In this document: positions 51,098 through 64,000 of the stretch, one piece after another
Layout of the letters: every line of letters starts with the position of its first letter
How positions within the stretch are numbered: position 1 is the first letter of the stretch
Source: Paraphysomonas bandaiensis
Taxonomy: Eukaryota > Protista > Chrysophyceae
DNA: 64,000 nucleotides
Assembly: GCA_965644295.1 (NCBI GenBank)
Contig: CBFFRP010000209.1
Span: 1-64,000 of the forward strand
Reading direction: 5' to 3'
Position numbers and translations under genes: made by a program
The notes under the pieces: generated by a model
What the model was told of the DNA's origin: nothing
Seen by the model: only the letters and a program-made list of their open reading frames with translations
Database searches by the model: none

Positions 51098-54071
51098 TAA
51101 GGATATATTCAGTATTTTTCGGCCAAAAAGATATCATCGACCCAACACTTAATTGAAAGAATTACTCTTTGAAACCAAAATATAATGATCATAATTACAA
51201 CAATGTACACATGCACTGTACTATAGAGGACTATTCGAGCCAATACTTTTACCAACACATGCACACACAATCAGGTTACATCGATGGACAGATTGATTGT
51301 CACAAGTGTCATATGTGTACTGCATTAGTCGGGATATATAACCCCATACCCAGCACAACTAACCAATTCATTTGATTTCCATAATATGCCTGTATGTCCA
51401 CAAGAATCACCGTAAACATTCGTAATACACATCTTAGTCTAACTATTCGAGTCAATACACCAACCTGTCAATGCACACACAATCGGGGTATATAAAGCTG
51501 CATCATATCCAACACAACTCGATGTCTGAATAGTGTGATGATGAAACTTTGATGATAGCTGACATGATATTAATGCTGTGTATGACAAGATATCCAACAG
51601 AAACACATGTCCAGCTCTATCATCAAAGTATCAAAGAATTTATTGTTAAGAAACTTCCGTGAAAAGTATCTGAAGTTTCTTTATGAGTACTTCTGCTGCA
51701 TGTGAACTGTGCTGTTCACTTCTTCATAGTCGTTGGAAACTTCATGCACTTGAGTTGTGTATGTGAAAATACTGACAGACGAATTGTACTACGATCGTAC
51801 AGCCACATAATACCATACAGTACCTCTGTATGCTGTGGTACATCTATATACAAGCTATACACATACGGCGGGGCTGCTGTTCCCCAATCCCTCCTTCTCA
51901 CACCTCATATGGATACCTTCATATCATGCACCTCACATAATAGAAGTAGATTTATATCCATCGAAACACTCACTTCTCACTTCGTCTTCTGCATATATAT
52001 ATATATGAGACAGTAACCATACTATACAATGATATTCAGGTATGTACGTACAGTGCACTTCGGCTCTACTGTTCGGAATAATGCAGACACAGCAGCTAAA
52101 TGACATGCACGATACAGCAGTAGGATATACAAGGGGTTTGAGAAGAGTTGAAGTGGGGGTCTTAGGGGCAGAATTATTCCCATACTGACGACCAGCTGTG
52201 GACTCTTCAACTGAAAATATGATTATTGTTCTATTAAAATCAGGTCACGAGGGGTGGTGATGTTATGCATATATTGCAATGACACTCTTCCCTGCTGTCT
52301 CGTCTGTTACTGTATCTGAGGGGTTTAATGTATGGGGAGATGTGAGGGGTGTATGTATGTATGTATGCGCTCATATGTTAGAAGTCAGTCGAAGTGTACT
52401 TCGCGGGGCTGAAGGGATTTTCATATACGGTGAATTGCTATGAAGTGACTACAGCATTCGTATAAAAGTACAGACGTACATATTTATGATGCTGTAAAAT
52501 ATTCAGTTGGAAGGAAGTGAAGTCATCGTGTATGGTACTGTAACTATAGAACTATACGCATATAGCATATAGAGAGGTGGGCATCACTTCTATTCTTAAT
52601 AACAGTGACGAGTATACACCACTGTACACTATACCATACCACTGTACGACATCATATGGTTCTGTTCTACCTGCAGTATACACGGGTCTACAGTACCAGT
52701 ATATAGTCAAACCACTTGTGTGACGTCGTGCGTGTGTTCTTGCTGATAAGTTCAGTGGAGGGACGTATAGAAGCTACGCATTGATAGACCCTCCAGAAGC
52801 AACTGTCGCCTAACTGTACCGTAATATCCTTCCGGTATATACATATACATAGTAATGGATAGTGTATATGCCAGTGACGGATACTCTCATTGCATGTCCC
52901 ACCGTAACAGACAACCCACACAAGCTAATGATTCAGATGATAGTAGCTGGCAGACAATAAACCCACAAAGAAGCACAGGATGGAGTCTTCTGCCTTACTC
53001 TCAAGGCCAGAGTAGCACTCCTGTGTTCCGTACGGACGCGGTCGGGTATACTCATCGCGGTATTCTTATTTCTCGTTAGTAGTGTTATAGTTGACGTTGT
53101 CTTAGATGTAGCAGCAGGAGAACGCGATCATCCCCTCTGTGTTCAACCCATGATATTACTCCCCAGCAATAAGATTGTACTGGTTCCCGAGAATGAAAAT
53201 ATAAATGATTCTCTGCTGCAGATAATTAGGGATCAGGAGTTATCTGAGGGTCCCCTGTTCATGCATTCTACACCAAAGAAGTCTGTGTGGCTAAATATTC
53301 GTCCTGCAGATCAAATACGCGACATGTCTTCCATGATACAGAGTTCAGGGGATTCGTACATTGTTCCAATTTTGCCTACCCCACTCGCTTCTGTTCGTCT
53401 TCCACCGAAGCTTACTAATCCGAAATACATCACAAAATCTGAATCCTCGAATTCTTTCCGGGTGCAAGTCAACATCAGAAATAAATCGCTTAAGAATAAG
53501 AAATTCAGTCGGAATGTGAGTAGCATGGAGGATGCGATGTGGTTATGCGAATATGCCCTTATGATGAGTTGTAGCATATCTTCTCTACAAGATCTCATAA
53601 CAAAAGGAAATTATGAATGTTTTTTGCAAAGAAAAATGGTAGATTCGCTTTCAGATTTTTCTGCGAAGTTGAGGTCATATGCTTTGGTATTCAAGGATTG
53701 TGGGATATTACGACAACCTGAGTATGCGTGTGTATTAGAATTTTTAAATTGTCACTCTTTTTCTGGTTTGGATTCGACAATTGCTGATAATATGACGGGG
53801 AGAAAGAGGAATCGAGTAGAGGATGAATGTCATGAGAGTATGCATGATGCCAATACTTTTTCTGGACAGCTAGAGAGTGTGGTTGATGGTGCTCAGTGTA
53901 ACGAAAGATAGAATAGGTTAAACTATTACAGGGAGTGCTTTTCTAATCGAATGGGTTAGTTAGAGACGTGAATAGCGTTACTCTTTGCCGTCATTCGATA
54001 ATTATACGAAATACACCTGATATAGCTGGAAGTTACTTTTACATGTACTTCTAGTAGTGGTATTTTGTGTG
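51098..54071. repeat. Right arm of the large inverted repeat (diverged homology extends to ~54300)
   Basis: Reverse complement of 46566-49539 with only scattered substitutions. Confidence 0.97.
52855..53911 (+). CDS. Hypothetical protein with a possible AP2-like DNA-binding domain, copy B
   Basis: As copy A; the one visible amino-acid difference is GPLFM versus GPLSM. Confidence 0.65.
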
Positions 54072-56472
54072 CATTCCCGTAATATTATAGTACCGTTAAT
54101 AAATTATTATATATTATCATCTTATTTCAGAAGTACTTTTCAGCAAGTAGGGAGTTGAGTATTATCCAATAGCTATATGGCACTCTAGTATTGTAAGCCA
54201 TCGTCCCATCAATAATATTGTGATACTTTTTTAACTGGTGCAATTATAGAGTAGTACTATAATGAAGTGTAGATGCAGCTAAAAATACATTCATATATTG
54301 TTAAATTCATTCCGTATCAATGAATTGATTTACCAATTCTTAATGATAATTGTAAAATTTATTAGGATTCTATATAATATGTTGTACAGTCATACTGCTG
54401 CCACGCGTGTTAGCCGAGTGAATATAGGATGCTCAGGCAGGGTGTACCGAGAGATAGTGTAAGACGTGTGCTGGCTGTGTAATGGGTATGTTGTATATTG
54501 TTATGCTACACATGTGATCTCTTGTTGAGCTAATTGGTGTTTTGGCTCATCTTGTACTGAGAGAGAATTGTGTATTACGTGTATTGGTTGCACAGTGTCT
54601 ATACTGTTGTACAGTCATACTGCTTCTACGTGGCTAGTTGTATATCTAAATCACAAGTGGCTAGAAACAATGTAGCTACGAGTTGGGCAATGACTGCTGG
54701 CAATTACACTTTTTTCGCTCATCATGATGATGAATCGGTTGACAGTGGTAGTATGAGGGCATATAACGTGGTTGCTGGTAAAAGCAAGAACGCGCTTCTG
54801 TTACATCCTATGTGACTTAAAAATATAATAAAATTAGTATTTTTTTGTTGTCTCTAACCCTAATATCACAAATAGAATATAGTTTCTTTAACATATCTAC
54901 TTAAATACTGTAAATACACCTAAATTTCCCACGTTTTCATAATAATAATGTTTACTTAAGATAATAGTAGTACGTGTGAGTTCAATGAAATATATCACGC
55001 ACTGAATTAATGATTGTATCTGTTAAAGATACTTGATCGTCATGATAATGATCGTCATTGTCAGTTATATACTTCTAACTATTCCGTTGTGTATGATAGT
55101 TACGTTCTGCATTATTCTACTTTTTATCGTGTTCGTCACTCCACACTCTAATAATCACAATATTCTTCCTACTATTACTAAGCGTAAATCTGCATTGTAG
55201 TAAGTCAGTTCCTACTAAACTAAAAATAATGGCAGTTATTTTTAAGAATGAGTAGAATCATATTAAATTCTTAACGTATAGTAGGAATGTCTGAAAAATT
55301 TAGTTGGCTCAGCTGCCATTTTTAATTTAATAGAGACGTCGGTTAAGTTTAGTAGGGTCAAATATACTACCGTACAACGAAATACGTAGATTATACGGTT
55401 CAATGGAAAGCTACAACCGACTTCATTGTACTTTCCACTTTTTCCAGTAGTATTTCTTAATATGTATTTCAATTGGTATAAAAGTGACACTAATAACAGC
55501 AAGTTTTCATGCCGTGCTCAAAGGGGATTTAAAAGGATATATAACTTAAGATTATGTTTAGAGAACGAAATATCAACGTACTCTCATGAGTGGTAAAGTC
55601 CTTTCTGACTAGAGGTGTTTTAGGGTATTCTCCTAAAGTCATAAAAAATTTCACTCAAACATGGGACCATACCCTAGCCATTGATTAATGAAAATGCAAC
55701 AATTGTACAGCAGATGTAATACATCATTATTTCATCTTCGAAACCAAACAAGAATTAGGCAGATTCTTGTGACCAAGTTCTACAGCCTCATTCATTACAT
55801 ATTAGGCATCAAATTTATGGTGGGGAAGGATGTCCAAGAACCGACACTGCCATCGAATGTGTTCTTGATTCTTGTGGTTTGGCACGCGGTAATCCGCACG
55901 CATACCATTCAGGTACTGGCGGGGTTGCAAATGTACGTATTCTTCCAATTCCCTCTGATACTATAGAATATCTCTTTTTCTGTCATCTAATTTGGTTTCA
56001 CTTTACCTGCTGTGTGACTTGATCGTTCTGTAATGCGTTGTTATATGCGAGTACAATTTATGGCTAGGTTTATAACTAAACTTGATAATACTTTGCATAG
56101 TAGGTATGTACACCAAAATTAGTGTTATTCGATCATTTTGACTAGGTTGAATAATACTTCCCTTTTACTTTACTTCCTTATTGCTCTGTAATGCGTAGCT
56201 ATATGCGAGTGTGATCTCGGTTTAACCCTAATATTGAATAGTTTGAATATTGAATCTTATAGTAGTGTTTTAAACCAAAACTAGTGTGACTAGGTAACTA
56301 AACCATTTTGATTAGGTTAAATAATAAATCCCTTGCTCTGATTTGACCACCAGCTATATTAAAGTATAAAAATGATATTGAATACGTTAACCTTACTACA
56401 ACAACACTCCAAAACAATGTATCTCATACTTTTCATTTCCGTATAACATTCACAAATATGATGTACCCTAAA

Positions 56473-59385
56473 TTACGTAGTTTTGATCTGCAGCTCAGCT
56501 GCTCTAGTGCTGTCATAAGTGATACCGTCAAGGCAAATATCCACAAAGTAAAAGTTTTGCGATTTGGTTGTGCCTTCAGGTAGCAGGCTGTGAACATCAG
56601 GGACAGTAAATGAAAATGAAGTCAACTCGGGGTCTAACGTGCCATCAACTTCTATGAACTTTCCATCCGTAGACCGAATTCGAATCACACATAAACCTGA
56701 GTCCACTAGACCATGGGCTGGAACAGTGACAGGAGTTCCCATAGTAACTATGGCTTTAGGAAACGATTCGCTGGGAATAATAACTTCTGTAAAAACTTTT
56801 ATTTTTGTTAATTCATCATCACGAGGCTGAGTAACTCCATCCAACAATAAGCCAATGTAAGCATCGCTTACGCTTTCCTCTGCTCCACCATCAGATGCAT
56901 CATCCTCTTTTTCGCCAATCAGAGATGGTGATGTGCATTGAATGCAGAGGGCTCCATCTTCTGCTTCAGAGAATTCATCGAAAACAATAGATTCAGCAGA
57001 ATTGCTTTCTCTATCCACGAATAATATTTTCGCTGCATCAGAATAGAAGTGTACTCCTTTACCAGTAAGCTTCAGTAACGTTCCACCACTACGTCTAATT
57101 GCTTGCGGAAAAATGTCTACTGGCCTGGGGCGATAGTACCGAAACACGAACGCGTTTGATGCAAGAAGCTCTCCACCAACAATTCGGAAATTAACAGACG
57201 CGTTAAACACGTCTTGGTTTTTCGGCATCACAAAGTCTTCTTCCTCAAAAAATTCTTTTAGGCTCGGCACAGTGTAAGATAGATCATCCCATCTATCAGA
57301 TCGCACAGGGGCCGCAACTTCAAGTACAACGGAGTCATCTTCATCGTATGACCCACTGATATTTTTTGCATCAATAGTTATAGCAATTACAGCCTCTAGC
57401 TGAGCGTGGGTAGAGGGAATGAGACCAGTTCCCTTGACAATTGCCTCTCGTTGACCTGCAAACGGACTACATGACGGCGTGATGGTAGACGGTGAAAACC
57501 AGTGACAAATAAGTTTTTCAGGGCTGGGTTCGGAGAAGTCTTGGACATTGTTGGACACTTGAGCTCGAAGAATACAACATTGCTTCTCATCTGTTGTAAC
57601 CATTAGTGGTGATAAATCAACATCTCGGCAGATAACAATTTGTTCTTCTTCTCCAGGTGCTGCACTCTCAGCTTTCACATTTTCCAAAGACGAGAACTTG
57701 CTACTGACGTCGTCAATATCTTCATCGTCGTTATATTTCTTTCTCTTATCGGGTGTCTCTATGTATCCCTCACATATAATTGGTTCTTTAGACTCATCTA
57801 GTTGATCGTAAAGGCGAACAAACACGCCGCTCTTTTTCGCCTGTAACCCCAACCGACTACAGTTCTATGAAGCGCATCAGCAATTTCGGAAAAAATACTA
57901 CAACAGCAATGGCACTTACCAGAACTATATCAACCTCTCCATTATCCCCTCTGCCATCCACAAGTTGCGGTGATACCAATGAATTGACAATAGGATCAGG
58001 GTATATTTCAATATCAGATACGTCTGCTGAGAAATCTTGACCATTTAATGCAACACTAACTTCATATGTCCCAATATCACTAAGTTTCGGGGGACGACAC
58101 GACAATACCCCGTCCCTAACAAACTTACCGTGGGACGACCGTGGCATTGCACCATCCTCATTTTTTTTTGTGAATCTCACAACAATTGAATCACTGTCCC
58201 AGAAACCGCAGCCGTGAAGCTGTAGACAGCTGAAGGTTTTTTGAGGTCCACTTAACGGGGAAACCTTCAACACACGCGTCAATATGAGTAACAAAGACTG
58301 CTTCTTCGCAAACGAAAACGTTTCTATAACATTCCCAGCAACTTTTGTTACAGCTGTTGGAGTGACGACGTTAGCGCAGTCATTGTTAAGCATCAATCTG
58401 TGGTGGATGCCACATCCCCAGGTAAACAGCTGGCCCTGCTCTGTGATGCACGCACTAGAACTACCGTCTGCAAACACTTTTGCCATGGCGTGTCCATTTG
58501 GAAGTTCCAATTCTGTCGGCGTGTGGCGGGTTTTGAAGTCGCCAAGACCAAGCTGGCCTTTGGTGTTGAGACCCCAGGAATAAGCTTTCCCAGTTTCCGT
58601 AACGGCAATCGCATGACCAAAACCACAAGAAGCCACGATGAACCTTTCTGTGGTAATATCTTTAGATACAGCAAGCGCAGGTTGATCTCTGTGAGTACAT
58701 CGACCACTTCCAAGCTGTCCACTCTCGCCAGCTCCCCAGCTCCACACTTCGCCATCCTTGTAATAAATGTTACATGAGTTGTAAACACAGCAATAACATA
58801 TACCACAGTAACCGCTACGGTGAATCGAGAACCACACGCAATTGACTTAATAGGCCTGTTTAATGAAAACGGGACAAATTTAGGAACCATCATCATTTCT
58901 TCGACTACAGTATGTGATGGAAGGGCAGCCTGAGATTTCTTATAGATTCCCAATTGTTTGTCGAAGTTTTGTCCCCATGCATATAAATTGCCATGTGTAT
59001 CAACCGCACATGTATGATTATCACCACATGATATACTAGAGAAAGAAGATTGATGTGATATCTTTGTTGGTACATTAACTTCAGTGTATTTATTTCCCAG
59101 TCCCAACTCGCCGTATTCACCAGAACCCCACGAGTAGAGTTCACCACTTCTGGTCAGAGCAACATAATTCTGTATTCCAGAATACAGAGCAATAGGATTT
59201 GATAATCCTAAATGTTCACCTGTGTCAACATCATAAGCATCTGCATCTGTAAGTGCATAGCTCTTCTCTCCCACTCCACTAACGCTACTGATACGGAGGC
59301 CTAATATACTCTTAACCTCTTTGATATCACCACCTGTTGCCTCTCCGCATACAAGCACAACTCCTGTGGGAATCTTATGCGCCAT
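56473..59385 (-). CDS. RCC1-repeat protein with C-terminal IPT/TIG-like domains (3 exons)
   Basis: LYSWGSGEYGELGLG, SCGDNHT, WSWGAGESGQLG, SWGLNTKGQLGLG; VSPLSGP..LHGCGF..YEVSVALNGQDF. Confidence 0.88.
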
Positions 59386-60856
59386 GCTTGCAATATTCCA
59401 GGGCAGCTGTCTCTTCTTATGGGGGTTGATAGTTGTATGTGTATATCTCTATATGAGTACAATGAACAGTAACGATCAGCAAAACTGCCAACATATACAT
59501 ACATAGACTACACCTCTATACACTGCTGTATACCACACCTCTATTTGTCGTATGGGTGTATGGTGTATGGTGTACGTCCACTGTATTGACTACTAAAAAT
59601 GGCCTAATTTGATAAAATATCCCAAATAAGGGGTTATTTATGCCTTTTTTCACTGCTGGTTGGGTTTCGATGACAAAAATCCTTCTTTCCTAGCTAGATA
59701 TCTACTGTAGATATATTGTACAGCAGATCAACTCGTCGACTCGTTGATAAGGGCTGCCAGAGGAATGATAGTTTGGGGGGGGAAGATATCTGAGTGTTCT
59801 TGGAGGTGAAGGTTATCATAGAGTGGGCGGTAGAGCGTATCATAAAGTCTACGAGTAACAATATCCGACATGTCCAGGATAACGTGCATTCACAATTGAT
59901 TGACGTAGGCAGTTGCTCAAAGAAAACATCGAATTACTAAAGGATTTGATGTCTGATTGTTCACCCGACGATATTGCGATGATAAAGTGTTACCGACAAA
60001 TGATACGCAAAACACGTTTGGCTTTAATTCATCTAATTAATCAATAATGGATGGACCCGGCTTGTACTTCTCCTGCAGATTTCACTACCTTTCAATGTCA
60101 GTTGTAAGGCGAAACCTGCATTTCTTTGATAAATTAATTACCGTTTCCCCAGATAACTCACGAAGATCAAGGTTTTTACTCCTTCACTGGACTATATCAT
60201 TTTTCTAGCGTCTTACATATTACTTATTATAGTATTAGCACGTTAAGATCCCTGTTGTGTAGTCGGAAGGTTGCTAATATGCAACCCTCACAACAATAGA
60301 ATACAAACTCTACCACTATATACACTTTTTCCAATACACAATATAGTAGTATCAAAACCTATTGTCTCACTATGATAAGAATCTGATAAATGATAAATTA
60401 CCTGATCCTGAGCCAACCGTTGATGATTGACAGTGTATATTAATAATTTTTACTGCCACTTTAGACCACTACATGTTCGAATAATCCCCCTCCTCCCGCT
60501 GTGAGTGTCTACCGACTTTATTATATATTGTGTTGCGCATTATTACTGTAACCGATAGCTTCATTCCACGTTACGTCTATTTATGTATATGGTGATTCAA
60601 ATTCAAAGCATCTATGAGCCATAGACTCCTTCATCTATGACCGTACATGATATTATTTACAAACTAAAAAGTGCTTGCTGCCAAGCTGTAGTTCTAATCT
60701 AACAATCTAATTATCTAAAAGACAAGAATCCTTAAGTGCTAGCTGTAAAGGAAAAAAAATATTATTACTGTGCACTTCAAAGAAATATTTTTTGAGAACA
60801 ATTTAGATACTGCAATGCGAAACGAAGTAGGAAAAATAAATTTCTGATCACTGTAT

Positions 60857-62416
60857 TCATATATGTCGATATATCCATTTCCACAAATTCGGAGTACTAT
60901 TAGATTCAAATGATTGCATACCTCGGTGAACTCCGTATATATCAAGCCATAGATTCTGTTGCTTAGCGCTTAAAAATTGCGGATAAGCTAAAGTTTCAAA
61001 CTGTTGACCAACAATGTAGTGTGGGATTACTGACCGCACACTGGTTGAAACGCCACACGACTCATGAAAACATATACCAGCTGGTCTCCCGAAGACCATC
61101 CAACATCCTATCAAGGGAGCAGATAAGTCATAAGCTGAAAGATAGACTGTGCTTTTAGAAGGGATTTTTTTTATCTGTAACTCTGAAGAATTCGCAGAAT
61201 CTTCCAGCACTGCGCGCTCGTATCGATATCCGGGAGACCCGCACTTGACAACTAAAACCTGTCCCGGTTCGGTCATGTACGTTGTAGCATTATTTTTATC
61301 GCAAGTGGCAAAAATTAGATTCTTATGATGTGGATACATTTTCCAAAGTACCGCCAGTATGGCAGGGTTATTTACAATGAATTTCCACGGCGGTTCTATG
61401 AACTGATAATTCGGTTCTTCTGCTGCCCCAGCGGAGGGTGTGAATAAATTCCATCCATATGGTTCCCTTGCGAGGTCATGGTATGAATAGTCTTTGATGC
61501 ACATATGACGAGACTTAGTTGGTTGTCGTAAGAAGTCCAACAGGTCTATCGAAGTTTCGGACATGGTCACTCCAGCTTCTTGTGCTGTCTTCAGAAGATA
61601 CGACATATGCCCTCCTTCACTTATCTTCGCATCTGTTCCAGGACTTTCTGATACATCAAATGCACTCACAAAAGATGTACTTAGTCCTGGGGGTACAATA
61701 TCTTGCCAGGACTTCACTAGCATCTCGTGTATCTGATTAAAACATCTGGCGCTAGCCATTTCCGAGCCTGTACTCTTTTCTTTTTCGTAATCAAACCATA
61801 ATTTCTGCATTAATGCGCTCTCCACCAACATAGAAGGCGTATCAGCTTCGCAGTTAATGAGTTTGGGATCTCCCGTTCCGTCCCAGAGAATATCGATACG
61901 CCCCAATAGATCTTTATCACGGTTTTTCCATGACTTTTTGAGAGCTGGCCTCAATACTTGTGGCACTTCAAATTCATCCAACAACTCATCTGATCCTTAT
62001 TAATATATTACATACACAACAACATCAATATACATCTATTTACCAATTACTAAATCAACGGCCTCTAATAGCATTGTATGGAGTTCATAGGACGTGCGTT
62101 GAAGCTTATCCACAGCTTGTTCAGACAATACATATGCAGATTCATTGTTCCAGTAGGTCTTACGGGTGTTACTCGAAGTGTTTTTCCATACCGCAACACC
62201 ATAATTATCTAATTGGCTTTGAGGTAGCGGATATCTCTGTTTAATACGAGTTATATCGCGTTCTTCTGTCCCCCCCTCGCTGCAATGACCTTCAGTAAAA
62301 GCTATTGCGCACCATACTCCTGCCACTGCTGCACAGAGTGTATGAATATGTTTCCTTTGCTTATAGGATGATATATGTATACATATACCGCGAAATATAT
62401 TATGATTAGTGAGCAT
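60857..62416 (-). CDS. Glutathionylspermidine-synthase-like ATP-grasp protein (YgiC/YjfC-like), divergent active site; start uncertain
   Basis: YWNNESAY, ELHTMLLEAVD, GRIDILWDGTGDPKLINCEADTP..ES, FNQIHE, EPPWK..AILAVLWKMYPHHKNL, IGCW.V.G.PAGI, IPHYI; intron ~61997-62044. Confidence 0.85.
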
Positions 62417-63664
62417 ATCTGAGTTTAGTTCGACTGCACTGTAACTTGTTAGATTACATACACAGTACTTCTATTGGATGATATGATGAAGTAGATAACA
62501 CACGTTCCTTTGATTGGTTAACTTCACTGGAACTTCTTCTTCTACGAATGTTATGTATGAGGTGAGATACGAAGTACAAGAAGCAAGCAATGCCAACAGC
62601 GCGCCTAGCAAATTCTGGTGTGGAAAAAAATGAAGAGTTTTAGGTTCAAGAAAGTTACAAATCAGCAGCATTTCTAGGATTTTTTGTAGATCAGAAGCTT
62701 GTACTGCTGGCCCTTTGACATACACATATCTCCTCTGTCTTAGGAGTGCTGAAGATACACCAGATAGCTATAGATGAATTGTAAGATAGGAAGGGACCCA
62801 TTAAATAACGCACTGCACATAAAGTAAAGTATATGATATCTAACGACACATATAGTTTGTTTACTCATGTTATAACTGACATATGATATATCTTTGTTGG
62901 AGTGTCTAGTTTATCTCAGGGAGAACATTACCTCAAGTTGCGTCCATCTGATCGGCTACTTACATTACTGCGATTTATACTGAGAGCTGCCAGTTTAATT
63001 AATCTTATATGAAAAAAACTGTGCATATGGTTTTGTAGGAATTATATCATATCTACAATATGACCGCTCGAAACCCGAAAGTGTTACTAATCAAAGTAAA
63101 TTCACAGCAGCACTAATCTGTGGGGTACATAGAGAATGATGTTGAACTGATATGCTCCCTCTTGATGGTTTCACTTGACGTTTTCACCACCTCAGCGCTT
63201 TGGGATGGATATCAAGCTCACTTTTTTCCTTAACTGAATTGAGTCGTGTGTTATATCTTGACGAAATATGTTTCATTGAAGGCCTTCAAATATAGAAAAT
63301 TAGTTATACGTTGCGTGCTATGTTACATGCTTTAGTAGAAGTGAAGACTTAAATTGACGTGAAACGTTTGTGTAGAGTACTTATAAGACAAAGTTTTGTT
63401 AAAATATCACCAACTCCTGGAAGTATGGTAGATGGTAGTAGTACGTTGAATTGCTGGTAGTAGTGGTATTTATTTCGTTGCAACGATATAGCACTACTAG
63501 ATCAGTAACCAGCTGATAACGTAGAAAGAAGTATTCAAGCTATTTCTGATCGATAGCAACCACATTAAAGCAACTAAATAACATCGAGGCAAAAGAAATT
63601 TATTAATAAAATTAAGGATACATAAAGTATCAGTATTAGCATCGTACTACGTAACATTAAATTA

Positions 63665-64000
63665 TTAGACAGCGTATTTCTCTCTCTCCCACTCATCCAC
63701 AGATATATTCATTAATGGCGGTGATAATTCCGTAGATATTGATAATTTCGAATATTCTAATTCCAGAGCATTCGTACCATCATCTCTAGTTGACTCGTAC
63801 AGTTTACTAAGCTCTGTAGGTGGCAGTAGCTGCGTTCTCTCATCGACAATAATGGCACCCAGATCCTTATTACAGGCAGCATCTACACTACGTCGTATAG
63901 TATGAGAGAGTGCCCTCCGAACTAAGGTGTTTCCCAATCCATCCGCAGTAACATCCATCGATTCAAGTCTCTGAAAAAGAGAAACACTCCTGGTGAGGTC
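63665..64000 (-). CDS. 3' end of a gene entering from beyond the window; function unknown
   Basis: Minus-strand ORF ending at TAA 63665-63667 and open toward the window edge. Confidence 0.5.
   Translation of the reverse strand, partial: DLTRSVSLFQRLESMDVTADGLGNTLVRRALSHTIRRSVDAACNKDLGAIIVDERTQLLPPTELSKLYESTRDDGTNALELEYSKLSISTELSPPLMNISVDEWEREKYAV

Noticed and set aside
62471-62725. 84-aa minus-strand ORF upstream of the GSP-like gene
   Set aside because: No recognisable motif; could not be confidently spliced to either neighbour

Overview
Gene-dense, AT-rich eukaryotic DNA with many short (~40-60 nt) GT-AG introns. The gene repertoire suggests a stramenopile-like protist; this is inferred, not proven. 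About 20 protein genes are visible: LMBR1+2xPH, transketolase, claudin-like, LRRC57-like, aldo-keto reductase, RPS19, FLVCR-type MFS, ubiquitin-like/PI4K type II-gamma, F-box coiled-coil, LSm10-like, CAR-like GPCR, purple acid phosphatase, GH33 sialidase, RCC1/IPT protein and a glutathionylspermidine-synthase-like ATP-grasp protein. Repeats and mobile DNA include two long (TACA)n arrays, a truncated Ty3/Gypsy element whose RT has IFDN in place of YxDD, and two apparently identical 1346-bp non-autonomous Mutator-like elements with 8-bp TSDs and asymmetric ends. There is also an unclassified dispersed repeat. The main structural feature is an ~8-kb palindrome (46.3-54.3 kb): ~3-kb near-identical arms each carry a putative AP2-like DNA-binding gene, around a spacer built from sense and antisense, scrambled fragments of the neighbouring sialidase gene. 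No rRNA, tRNA or CRISPR array was recognised. All family calls come from motif recognition by eye, and exon boundaries are approximate.
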